From NCBI GenBank assembly GCA_965226495.1, contig OZ245365.1, positions 4,192,001-4,256,000 of the forward strand: a DNA stretch of 64,000 bases, given 5' to 3'. The position numbers were made by a program, and so were the translations under genes. Below the pieces are notes generated by a model. That model was given only the letters and a program-made list of their open reading frames with translations. It did not search any database and was not told the origin of the DNA. Source of the stretch: Candidatus Marinacidobacterales bacterium. GTDB lineage: Bacteria > Acidobacteriota > Vicinamibacteria > Marinacidobacterales > DATDRI01. Below, in pieces: positions 1 through 8,798 of this stretch (position 1 is its first letter; the number at the start of each line of letters is the position of its first letter).

Positions 1-103
1 ATCGGTAGCCCTCGCTGGCGAGAACGATCTCGCCATTGCTTGCTCTCAGGCGAAAGCGGAACTCCCCACGTTTGTCTTTGAAGATTTCGAATTTTCCAGC
101 CAT
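1..103 (-). CDS. YegP/DUF1508 family protein, partial (runs off window)
   Basis: Manual translation MAGKFEIFKDKRGEFRFRLRASNGEIVLASEGY; GAGGAGGGG RBS upstream. Confidence 0.85.
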   Translation of the reverse strand, partial: MAGKFEIFKDKRGEFRFRLRASNGEIVLASEGYR

Positions 104-260
104 GTCGGCATCCCCTCCTCGGTTAAGTTGCCAAACTAACGGCGAGAAGTATACACCGAATAGTGACCAGGGTATTGCCGGCTAGCGGCGTGAAGGATGT
201 TCAACTGTGCGTACGTGTGAGACAGCGAAATATGTGCTCATCATTGCGGTGCCGGTGCTG

Positions 261-1097
261 TTATTCGGGCCGCGTCCTTACTGGCGCTTGTTCGGTGTCC
301 GGAAGGAACGGATCGGCGAGCACCCAATGAAGCGATAGGTACTTCGGGTCTCTCCGCTCGGGCACTCCAAGGATCATTGCTTCATGGCCTCCCGCTGGCT
401 GGTCCAGATAAGTTCCGAAGAAGTAGTCCCAGCAGGGCAGCAAGACTCCGAAGTTCCTGTTCGACTCGCGCGGAAGAATCGAATGGTGCACACGATGCAT
501 TTCGGGTGTCACCATGACGAGTCGAAGGACACGGTCAATTCCTAGCGGATAGCGCACGTTGCTATGCACCACAAAGGCCGACACTACGACCAGTGTCTCA
601 TAGACGAAAACAGCGAGCACCGGAGCACCGATGGCCACAATCACCACGAAATCCGTTGCAAAAATCAGGAGGGCTTCGAAAGGGTGAAATCGGATGCCGG
701 TCGAGAAATCGCCGTCTAGATCGGCGTGATGCGTTCGGTGAATGCGCCACAGGGCCGGGATGTCGTGAAGCAGAACATGCCGACCGAACCCAGCGAGGTC
801 GAAGAACAGAAGCGAGCACGTGAACGCGAGCCAATAAGGCGCCGGAAGCCCGTTGAAGAGCCCCCATCCCCGCTCGGAGGCGACCACCGCAGCGGTGATG
901 CCAGCGATGGGTGAGACCCAACGCAGCAGCGCCGAGTCGATCAGGGCCAGTGAGATGTTGGTGCCCCAGCGCTTGCCAAGGGGGGCGGTCGAGGAACGCC
1001 GTGGGGCCATTCCCTCCCAGACCGCCATGAAGAAAACCGCACCAAAATACGCGCCGGCATAGATGACTCCTCCACGACTAAGGAGAAAATCAGCCAC
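261..1097 (-). CDS. Sterol desaturase / fatty acid hydroxylase family membrane protein
   Basis: His boxes HVLLH, HRTHH, HSN, HRVHH; RFHPFE and WDYFFGTY motifs; several TM segments. Confidence 0.85.
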   Translation of the reverse strand: MADFLLSRGGVIYAGAYFGAVFFMAVWEGMAPRRSSTAPLGKRWGTNISLALIDSALLRWVSPIAGITAAVVASERGWGLFNGLPAPYWLAFTCSLLFFDLAGFGRHVLLHDIPALWRIHRTHHADLDGDFSTGIRFHPFEALLIFATDFVVIVAIGAPVLAVFVYETLVVVSAFVVHSNVRYPLGIDRVLRLVMVTPEMHRVHHSILPRESNRNFGVLLPCWDYFFGTYLDQPAGGHEAMILGVPERRDPKYLSLHWVLADPFLPDTEQAPVRTRPE

Positions 1098-1167
1098 CGG
1101 TAGATCTCAAACAGTGTGCCTCTCGACCCGAAATCAATTCCAGGTCAGGGTGAGAGGGCTGACCCGG

Positions 1168-1350
1168 CTACTTGCGTCGCCAAAGCCTGGCGGCGAGTGC
1201 AGCGGCGGCAAGACCACCGGCGAGCAGCGCCGTCGAGCTAGGCTCCGGCACCGGTTTTGTGAGACTGGCCCATGCCGGGTTTGCCAGAAAACCGAGCGCC
1301 ACCAATGCTCCGACGCCCGTCCATCCGATTCGCAGGAACTTCTCATACAT
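1168..1350 (-). CDS. Minimal PEP-CTERM sorting-signal protein (60 aa)
   Basis: Signal peptide ending AWA, then SLTKP-VPEPSS, hydrophobic helix, RLWRRK tail; AAAGGGGG RBS. Confidence 0.8.
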   Translation of the reverse strand: MYEKFLRIGWTGVGALVALGFLANPAWASLTKPVPEPSSTALLAGGLAAAALAARLWRRK

Positions 1351-1380
1351 GATGTTGGGTCCCCCTTTGGTGACGAATTA

Positions 1381-1397
1381 AGCAATCGGTGGGCCAA
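1381..1397 (-). promoter_or_regulatory. Sigma54 (-24/-12) promoter for the PEP-CTERM gene
   Basis: Minus strand TTGGCCCACCGATTGCT = GG-N10-GC with TTGC, about 30 bp upstream of the ATG. Confidence 0.75.
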
Positions 1398-1460
1398 TAT
1401 GCTAACGCGCGTCGACTCAATCTGTTACGCGCGGCACGCTCCACGCTCGACCTCGGCGAT

Positions 1461-1600
1461 TGTAAGAGATGCCGACGTTTCCGCGCCCAGGTCGGTGACG
1501 GTCACGTCACGTAGAGTACAGATAGCCAGGAAAATAGCGGCCATTTGTTGCCCATGCGAAAGAGTGACCCCGAAATCGAAATATGTAAGAGAAAGCGACG
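1461..1600. promoter_or_regulatory. Two putative enhancer boxes (1461-1477, 1584-1600) upstream of the sigma54 promoter
   Basis: TGTAAGAGAtgcCGACG and TGTAAGAGAaagCGACG, placed as expected for bEBP sites (PrsR-type by inference). Confidence 0.55.
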
Positions 1601-1737
1601 CCGCGGTGGGACCAAGTTGGAGCCAGATGCACATTCCAGAGGGTCGTGGAGGGTCGAGGTCTCAGTCCGAAGGCGGTGAATGCGGGCTCTCCGATGGGAC
1701 CGAGTAGGTGTCGGTGAGCATGTTCATCATGACACTA

Positions 1738-2330
1738 GCGATCAAGTACGACGTCCTGCCGCTGGATGACCGTACGTTCGAACGTTTCAACGCGGCGATT
1801 GCCGGCAGGCCAGACCTGATGGGCGACCGCACGTCACTTACGGTGTATCCCGGCATGACCCACATGACGGAGAACACGTTCATCAATGTGAAGAATCGCT
1901 CACAAACGATCACCGCAGAGGTGGGAGATCCCGAGAGGTGGTGGAGAAGGCGTGATTTTGGCTCAGGGAGGGCGCTTCGCCGGCTGGAGTCTTTATATGA
2001 AGGACGGCAAGGTTTCCTACGTACATAACTGGGTCGGCAAGGAGCGTTACACCATCACCGCACCGGAGCCGCTGGCTCCCGGTAGGCGACAATCCGCTAC
2101 GAGTTCGCCGACGAGGGCGACCAACCCGGTTCGGGCGGTATGGGAACGATCTCCGTGAATGGGCAGAAGGTGGCCAAAGGTCGAATCGGCAATACCACGC
2201 CATTCGTCTTCTCTGCTGACGAGCCCGCCGACGTGGGCATGGACGAGGCCACTCCTGTGACCGAAGACTATGCCGGGGTGACAACGAGTTCACCGGAGAG
2301 ATCGAGAAGGTGACGGTGCAGCTGCAATAG
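1738..2330 (+). pseudogene. C-terminal fragment of a large arylsulfatase, frameshifted
   Basis: KYDVLPLDDR..GRPDL..FINVKNRS..ITAEV / GVILAQGGRFAGWSLY / DVGMDEATPVTEDY..FTGEIEKVTV spread over several frames; catalytic N-terminus missing. Confidence 0.75.
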
Positions 2331-2350
2331 GTGCGTGAGCGCGTCCGCTG

Positions 2351-2434
2351 TTCTACATGGAGCCGGCCCGCCTTCGCCCTACGGGCTACGGCGCGGCAGG
2401 CCGAGAGGACTTGAATCCACCTGCTGATTACGAA
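2351..2434 (-). repeat. Degenerate copy of tRNA-Thr 3' half (att site) with a 35-bp hairpin insertion
   Basis: ttctacatggagccggc[ccgccttcgccctacgggctacggcgcggcaggcc]gagaggacttgaa..acctgctgattacgaa matches 8601-8652. Confidence 0.8.
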
Positions 2435-2836
2435 GAAGCAAAGAAGGGTCCCAAAGACCGCGAAAGGGCATCATCCCTTTCCCTAAAGGAGGATCGGCTG
2501 ACCGGGTGTCCCTTCGTGTTCCCTCGTGACCGTGCCCAAGTGCCACAGAGGTGCCACAACCACCTGGTGCCAGACTCCTAGTAATGTGAGCGGGGACGCG
2601 AGTCGAGCAGCCCGACGCAAGGATTTTCAGGGCTCGCGGATACGGTCTCTACTGGTCGTTCTGTCGACTTTGGTTTGTTTCCTCGCTTTTACGAGAGGGC
2701 GGGAAGGCAGAAACAACCCGATCCGACCACATCCCGCCCGCAAGACGGGCAAAGTGAGGGGCGACGGGTCATGAGGATGATCGTTGAGCAGCAAACTTGG
2801 TACATCCGAACGAACCAAGTTAGTCGGCATTGAGTT

Positions 2837-3696
2837 TCAAAAAAATGTTTTCAGTGTTTCAAAAGCATGGCTGAGGGTGCCTTCAATACCACATTCCTCA
2901 GCGAGTTTGCCATATGGCCCCTCCCATTCCGCAGGAGGAGGTGATAGCTCCGATGGTAATTCGTGAGTGCCTCTGCACTCAAACGTGGCTCGAATTGCGG
3001 TGTGGACCTGATCGTGAACCATGCCGTCCTCGATGAGGAGAAGCATATCCACGAGATCCTTCACCCGCGAATTCTGGCGGTCGCCGTCCCTCGGTAGGCT
3101 ATAAGCATGCAGCTTTTCGGCAAACTGCTGCTCCTTGGAGATCGCAGGAAACGCGCCTGGCTCGATCCCAGCAAAACCGAGCCAATCCCTAGGCGTAAGC
3201 TCCTCGATCGGCTCTGTCCAAACATCTCCGAGTCCGATATCTAGGTGGAACTTCGCGAATGTCCTTCCATCCATCTTCGCCTCGATCGGAAAGCGAGCCC
3301 GCCTTCCGGTGGGGCATCAAAATCCATTTGAGCAGCACCTATCGTAAAATCAAAGAAGTCCAGCACGGACGGTTGCGACACACATTCCTGGATCGTCTCT
3401 TGAAGTGCGAGATTCCTGTCACCAACGCCGAGTGAGTAGAGCTTTTCGTCTCTCATCGCGAGGTCGATATCCTTCGTTGCTCTTGCTGACTGGATTCTCA
3501 GTTCCATCGCATATCCGCCTTTGAGAACCCATGGAACATCACCTTTCGAAAACAGTCTGGTCAGGAGTCGATCAAAAGAGACCTGCTTTCTCAACCTCTG
3601 AAGATCCTCACCCTTTTCAGTAGAAATTCGCTTGAGTCGATCTTCTAAGGCCGTCCTAAGGGCCGCTGCCGACTTGTAAGTCTTGGGCTTCTTCAT
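2837..3696 (-). pseudogene. AbiEii/AbiGii nucleotidyltransferase toxin, split by a 1-nt frameshift near 3298
   Basis: WVLKGGYAMELR..RATKDID in the 5' part; AEKLHAY and NSRVKDLVD in the 3' part; one more G in GGCGGGCT rejoins PEGG-ARFPIEAKMDGR. Confidence 0.8.
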
Positions 3697-4316
3697 GCTC
3701 GAACTCTACCCAGTTCCTGTTTGAGCCACTCGATGAACGTATTTTTCATCCCTTCGGGGAGCTTGTTCGATTTCGTATCTCTAATCGGAATGAGTCCACG
3801 TTCGACCGCCTGGAAAAAGGCTTGGCGAATGAGATCCTTCGCGAGCCCGTCCTCGGTCAGCAGATCTACGATCGTTCGAAGCGGTTTCGTCACTCGGTAC
3901 CCCCTCATTTGTTCGATGTCAGAGTCCTTGAGTTCATCATAGTGGAGAACGAGCGCCCTCGGCGTTTTGGCGTTCCTCCTAAAGTGCTTCGGTACGGTCA
4001 TATGAAGCCTCGCAGGCATCACATCAGAAAGGTCGTGAATGCTAAGAGCCGTTTCGTGGGAATAGACCCCTTCCGGCTTGTCCTCACGGTTCCTGGTCCA
4101 CAGCGAGAGTGCGATGAGCTGGCTGTCGTCGGTTCTTGGAAATGTGCTCAGGCGATAGACCCCTCGCCCCTCTCGGATCCAATTCCCAGCTCTGACGTGG
4201 TAGCCGTGGTTTTTATTAAGAAAACCCGCCTTCTCGGCCTGTTTGGCCGTAAAGAACCCTTGCTGGCTCTCAGCGAGTTCAAAGAGATCCGTTCGTTTTC
4301 GGACTTCTCGTTTCAT
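3693..4316 (-). CDS. AbiEi family type IV antitoxin
   Basis: AESQQGFFTAKQA..RGVYRL..SHETALSIH..VTKPLRTIVD; ATGA overlap with the toxin. Confidence 0.85.
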   Translation of the reverse strand: MKREVRKRTDLFELAESQQGFFTAKQAEKAGFLNKNHGYHVRAGNWIREGRGVYRLSTFPRTDDSQLIALSLWTRNREDKPEGVYSHETALSIHDLSDVMPARLHMTVPKHFRRNAKTPRALVLHYDELKDSDIEQMRGYRVTKPLRTIVDLLTEDGLAKDLIRQAFFQAVERGLIPIRDTKSNKLPEGMKNTFIEWLKQELGRVRA

Positions 4317-4334
4317 CCCTTCACTCCTGCATAC

Positions 4335-4392
4335 TATACTTAATTATTAAGTATAACGTGAAAACACATACAATACTTAAAAATTACGTATT
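4335..4392. promoter_or_regulatory. Two inverted-repeat operators upstream of abiEi
   Basis: TATACTTAA-tta-TTAAGTATA (4335-4355, perfect) and AATACTTAA-aaa-TTACGTATT (4372-4392). Confidence 0.7.
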
Positions 4393-4615
4393 TCGTGAAT
4401 TCCAGGAAACCAAAAAGGGTCTTCAGCAGAATATGTGGGCAGAAACCGGCTGCCATCGCCCGTCCCCCGTGTCAGGATAGTTGTCGCATGCAAGATGCGG
4501 GGCGGCAAGCGATGAGACCCGAACCTCCAACAAGCTAGTTTGCCGAGCCGTCGCAGCCGCACCGTGTTCTGCAGCCAGCGAGATAGACACCTGCTCCGCG
4601 AGGTGAACTCGTGAT

Positions 4616-5205
4616 CTACCCACGTCCTCCCGCGACAACCTTCGCGAGCCAAACCTTCAACTCGGGGTATAGATCAAGGTCGAGGACGAATTCCTGCCCA
4701 CGCCCGACAGTGAGGAGGCGAGCGTTCTGGCCGCTTTGGGACCAGCGATCTGGCGACGTATAATAGCTCAATGGTGTTCTTCCCTTCGGAAAGAACCCAC
4801 CTGGCAAGGACCACTCGGAAGGTTTCTTAGCATCGCGGGCAGTGAGCCGCCAAGCATCGTCGACGTACTCGAACACACCGGAGCCCGGAATCGCCGCCAG
4901 CCCCTCCCCGGGCAACGAGAGCCGCTTGGCCGCAACGTAGAAGGTATTCGTCGGATCCTTTGGAAAGGCGAAGTGCGGATGCACTTCTGCCCATCGCCAC
5001 TTCTCGCCTCCATTGCGAACGGCCTTGTCCACTGAAACCATCTCTCCGACCCGGAGCCAGCCTCAGATGTAATGTACTGGGCGTTGTAACAACTTCAGCT
5101 CGCTGTCGACTGCCCGAAACGAGCCCCAGAAGAGGAACAAGTCGTCAACCGGAACCCCTTGGTTTCGGAGGTGACCTTGGGCGTTTCCGTGCTGACCGAG
5201 AGTGG
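4616..5205 (-). pseudogene. Nmad3-like (nucleotide modification-associated domain 3) gene, 5'-truncated, internal TGA
   Basis: LGQHGNAQGHLRNQGV..DLFLFWGSFR..HYI*GWLRVGE..LSYY..RW..GRGQEFV; ORFs 5063-5404 and 4616-5041 are in one frame. Confidence 0.65.
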
Positions 5206-5420
5206 GACCGACGAGCTGCCGAAAGATCGAACTCCTTACGATCTTCGTCACACGTTTGTCACGCACAGTCTCCAAGTTGAACGCCAGGAGATCGGATTCG
5301 TAAGCAAGCAGCTCGGGCACGACAAGGTCACGACGACGTGGGACTACTATTACCACTGGCTCCCGGAGAACATGATGACGAATCGCGATGCTGATAAGTG
5401 GCACCGAACGACCTCAGGTG
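5206..5420 (+). pseudogene. Tyrosine recombinase (integrase) C-terminal remnant
   Basis: RTPYDLRHTF..VSKQLGHDKVTTTWDYYYH box II motifs, adjacent to the att copy. Confidence 0.75.
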
Positions 5421-5491
5421 CCACAACCGGGTCATCTGGCGAGACGGATGAAGAAGCGGATTCGGAAACCCCTATGCCTCAAGGGGAAGAA

Positions 5492-5537
5492 TGGAGCCGG
5501 CGAGAGGATTTGAACCTCCGACCTGCTGATTACGAAT
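5492..5537 (-). repeat. Copy of tRNA-Thr 3' half (att site)
   Basis: tggagccggcgagaggatttgaacctccgacctgctgattacgaat, one mismatch to 8608-8653. Confidence 0.9.
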
Positions 5538-5898
5538 TGTGTTCAGAGCCAACTGAGGGCACCCAAGAAGACCCACCGACAACTGAAATCAAAGACTTAG
5601 ACAACAAGTAGGTGCCCGTGGATCCCCTTGGTTCGGGGTGTTCTGGTAGCAAAGTGGTAGCAAGATGGACAAGGATAAACTTGAGTTTTCCACCTAACAG
5701 ATTCCGCCTAGCAAGTCTGATCAGAATCCCTCTCAGAGGATCTGGGATCCCGTCTAAGGATCTCCCAAGCCCCGACCCGATCCAGACCATTCCCCCGGCC
5801 CGGGAAGCCCGCTACAGGATCGCTGAGCGCCTTTCCTGGTCCCCCCATTGACTTTCCGCCTGTGCAAGGATATCTTCACACGAATTGAAGGGCCGGCC

Positions 5899-6232
5899 AT
5901 GCCACTCAACCCCGGAAGTAAACTGGGTTCCTACGAGATCCTTGCCGCTATTGGTGCAGGCGGGATGGGCGAGGTCTACCGCGCCAAGGACAGCAAGCTC
6001 GGTTCGGGAAGTCGCTATCAAAGTCCTTCCCGAAGAGTTCACGCAACATCCGCAAAAGCTGGCTAGGTTTGAGCGCGAAGCAAGATTGCTAGCCGGGCTG
6101 AACCATCCCGGAATTGCCACGCTCTATGAAGTCGAAGAAGCCGAAGGCAAGCCCTTCTTGGTCATGGAGCTTGTCGAGGGCGAAACGCTCTCCGAGCGGA
6201 TTGCCCGCGGGCTTGTAAGAACTGCGCGATGA
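5899..6232 (+). pseudogene. Ser/Thr protein kinase N-lobe fragment, frameshifted and truncated
   Basis: MPLNPGSKLGSYEILAAIGAGGMGEVYRAKD / REVAIKVLP..RFEREARLLAGLNHP..LVMELVEGETL then stop. Confidence 0.75.
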
Positions 6233-6369
6233 TCTTCCGCTCAAGGGAGGAGGACATCGAGGCGGGCTACAAGCGTTACTGGGCGGCTCCAATTGACATG
6301 AGCGTTCAATCCCAACTAGATTCTTCAGTGATTGTAGGCAGCTCACTGTGACAGCAAAGGAGGGAATCG

Positions 6370-6879
6370 ATGACGAGCTTCACGGATCGGATGCTCGGCG
6401 CTGCAAAGCTGGACGTTGACACCTACGAGGAAGTGGAACACGACCAGGCGGCTACGGGGCAGGCCATGGGGGTGGTCATCATCTCCAGTCTTGCAGCGGG
6501 AATCGGCTCGGTCGGGGGCGGTGCGTCTGGGCTGATTGCAGGGACGATCGGCGCACTAGTGGGCTGGTTCATCTGGGCGGCGCTGACTTTCTTAATCGGC
6601 ACGAAGATCCTGCCGGAACCGCAAACCAAGGCAGATCTGGGCGAGCTGCTTCGGACCATTGGCTTTTCGGCGTCTCCGGGCGTCCTCCGGATATTCGGGA
6701 TGATTCCCTTGCTGGGCGGTCTGATCGCGCTCGCGGCGAGCGTCTGGATGCTGGTCGCCATGATCGTCGCGGTCCGACAGGCGCTGGACTACACCAGCAC
6801 CCGGCGGGCTGTGGGCGTCTGTGTCATAGGTTGGCTAGTGCAAGTCGCTATTTTTTTCACTTTGCGCCTGTTTGTGTGA
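6370..6879 (+). CDS. YIP1-family integral membrane protein
   Basis: YEEVEHD, LLRTIGF, AVRQALDYTST motifs; about 5 TM segments; GGAGGG RBS. Confidence 0.7.
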   Translation: MTSFTDRMLGAAKLDVDTYEEVEHDQAATGQAMGVVIISSLAAGIGSVGGGASGLIAGTIGALVGWFIWAALTFLIGTKILPEPQTKADLGELLRTIGFSASPGVLRIFGMIPLLGGLIALAASVWMLVAMIVAVRQALDYTSTRRAVGVCVIGWLVQVAIFFTLRLFV

Positions 6880-6999
6880 GCCGCTACCGCCGGCCTTCTT
6901 GGTGGGCGGAAAGGTGGGAGGGCGTGACCCCGTCTCAACGCGAGGAAATCCCTTTGACTTTTCAGTCTGTGCAGATACTTTCACGCTCAAAGGGCCGCC

Positions 7000-7207
7000 A
7001 TGTCACTCTCTCCCAGCACCAAGTTGGGTCCCTATGAAATCCTCGCACCACTCGGTGCAGGTGGCATGGGTGAGGTTTATAAAGCCAAAGACACGCGGCT
7101 CGACCGAACGGTCGCCATCAAAGTCCTCCCGTCTCACGTAGCCAGCAATCCCGAAGTCCGCCAGAGATTCGAGCGTGAAGCCCGCGCTGTCTCCAGCTTG
7201 AACCACC
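7000..7207 (+). pseudogene. Ser/Thr kinase N-terminus truncated at an IS end
   Basis: MSLSPSTKLGPYEILAPLGAGGMGEVYKAKDTRLDRTVAIKVL..SSLNH stops at the IS left end. Confidence 0.8.
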
Positions 7208-8542
7208 TGTGCATCGTCAAAACTGGTCCGCCCATGAAATCAAGGACTTGCGCTTTGCTTGAGTTCCGGGCCGAAGGCGGCGAAACTGCGCCGCTATGCT
7301 CCGCGTACTCACCTTCCTCGTCTCTCTCGGCGTCCGCGCCATCCGGGCGATGTGTCGGCGCCGAGCCGACCTCGTGATCGAGAACCTCGCTCTGCGACAG
7401 CAGGTGACAGCGCTGAAGAAGGAGCGCCCGCGGTCGACGCTCGACGACACGGATCGGGCTTTCTGGGTCGCCCTTCGCCGCTCGTGGCCCGTGTGGGCGA
7501 GCCGCCTGGTCATCGTCCACGCCGACACGGTGGCCCGGTGGAATCGGGATCGATTCCGCCGATACTGGGCGAAGATCTCACGGAGGCGCTTTCCGAGCCG
7601 ACCTCGCATCGAGGCGGACATTCGCCGGCTCATCCGGCTAATGGCACAGGACGGCTGGGGTGCGCCGCGCATCCACGCCGAGCTCACCAAGCTCGGTTTC
7701 ATCATCTCCGAGATCACGGTGTCCCGATGCATGCCGCGCCGTCCAGTCGAGCCCGACCAGGTCAAGCGATGGGTTGCGTTCCTGCGTAACCACAGGCACG
7801 AGATCCCGGCGATGGACCTGTTCACGGTACCGACGGCGTCGCTGAGGTTGTTGTACGGCTTCTTCATCATCGAGCTCGGCCGTCGACATATCGTCCATTT
7901 CAACGCCACGTTCCATCCGACGTCCGCTTGGGTGATTCAGCAATTGCGTGAAGCGTTTCCCTACGACACCGCGCCGCGATATCTCATCTTCGACCGCGAC
8001 TCTATATTCAGCCCTGCTGTCGTCCAGTTCGTCAGGGCGCTCGGCTGCATTCCCATGCGTACCTCGTATCGGAGCCCGTGGCAAAACGGAACCGCCGAGC
8101 GCTGGATCGGGAACTGTCGTCGCGAACTCCTCGAGCATGTCGTCATCTTTGGCGAGCGGCATCTCGTCCGACTCGTGCGTTCGTACATCTCTTACTATCA
8201 CGAAGACCGCGGTCACTTGGGACTCGACAAAGACACGCCAGACAAGAGATCAGTTACCCCAAGAACGTCATCCGCAGCGAAGATCGTCGCGCTGCCGCGA
8301 GTCGGCGGCCTTCATCATCGCTATGAATGGCGGGAAGCTGCCTAGCACCGTTTCCGCTTGTGCCGGTGGCCAGCGTCGCTTGGCTTCTCCGACTCGTGAA
8401 TCCGCGCTCCCGGCGGTGTCTTGCAGCCATCGATCCTTCTTTCGTGGCCGCTTGTCGTTTCGCGTAGCTTCTGAATTCCGCTCCAAATTGCCGGAACCCG
8501 CATAGCTTACTTCCTGGCCGGATCAATAATGACGAGGCACAG
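7207..8542 (+). mobile_element. Insertion sequence with rve/DDE integrase-core transposase (IS481/IS3-related)
   Basis: Terminal inverted repeats CTGTGCATCGTCA / TGACGAGGCACAG; CCAC on both flanks. Confidence 0.75.
7296..8345 (+). CDS. Integrase core domain transposase
   Basis: ENLALRQQ, WGAPRIHAEL, MDLFTV (D), FDRD (D), SPWQNGTAERWIG..RRELL (E), GGLHHRY. Confidence 0.9.
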   Translation: MLRVLTFLVSLGVRAIRAMCRRRADLVIENLALRQQVTALKKERPRSTLDDTDRAFWVALRRSWPVWASRLVIVHADTVARWNRDRFRRYWAKISRRRFPSRPRIEADIRRLIRLMAQDGWGAPRIHAELTKLGFIISEITVSRCMPRRPVEPDQVKRWVAFLRNHRHEIPAMDLFTVPTASLRLLYGFFIIELGRRHIVHFNATFHPTSAWVIQQLREAFPYDTAPRYLIFDRDSIFSPAVVQFVRALGCIPMRTSYRSPWQNGTAERWIGNCRRELLEHVVIFGERHLVRLVRSYISYYHEDRGHLGLDKDTPDKRSVTPRTSSAAKIVALPRVGGLHHRYEWREAA

Positions 8543-8607
8543 CCACCGTTGGTGCCACTGAATCGAGATCGGACAACGAACACTCTTCGGAAGTTATTGA
8601 TTCTACA

Positions 8608-8682
8608 TGGAGCCGGCGAGAGGACTTGAACCTCCGACCTGCTGATTACGAATCAGCTGCTCTACCACTGAGCTACACCGGC
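8608..8682 (-). tRNA. tRNA-Thr(CGT)
   Basis: GCCGGTGTAGCTCAGTGGTAGAGCAGCTGATTCGTAATCAGCAGGTCGGAGGTTCAAGTCCTCTCGCCGGCTCCA; cloverleaf with encoded CCA. Confidence 0.96.
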
Positions 8683-8798
8683 TCGAGGTGTGACGACAAG
8701 CGAAGTGAGTGAGGATACCGCGATTAGGCACGTCCTGCCAACTTCGGACGCCTGAAAAACCGCTCTGACTCAGGAGTTATCGGGATGTATCCTCGCGC

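Larger units (their letters stand above)
2358..5537. mobile_element. Decayed integrative element A at tRNA-Thr
   Basis: Bounded by tRNA 3' copies; AGGTGCCACAACC at 2549-2561 and 5416-5428; integrase stub; AT-richer cargo. Confidence 0.65.

Noticed and set aside
3290-3305. Programmed frameshift in AbiEii
   Set aside because: No slippery heptamer or obvious stimulator; a simple indel is more likely.
5063-5065. Selenocysteine or read-through at the in-frame TGA of the Nmad3-like gene
   Set aside because: Context HYI*GWL fits a TGG-to-TGA nonsense change in an already truncated gene; Cys is not expected there.
7203-8546. CCAC as proof of clean IS insertion into the kinase gene
   Set aside because: The kinase frame does not resume on the right flank, so a deletion or chance match cannot be excluded.
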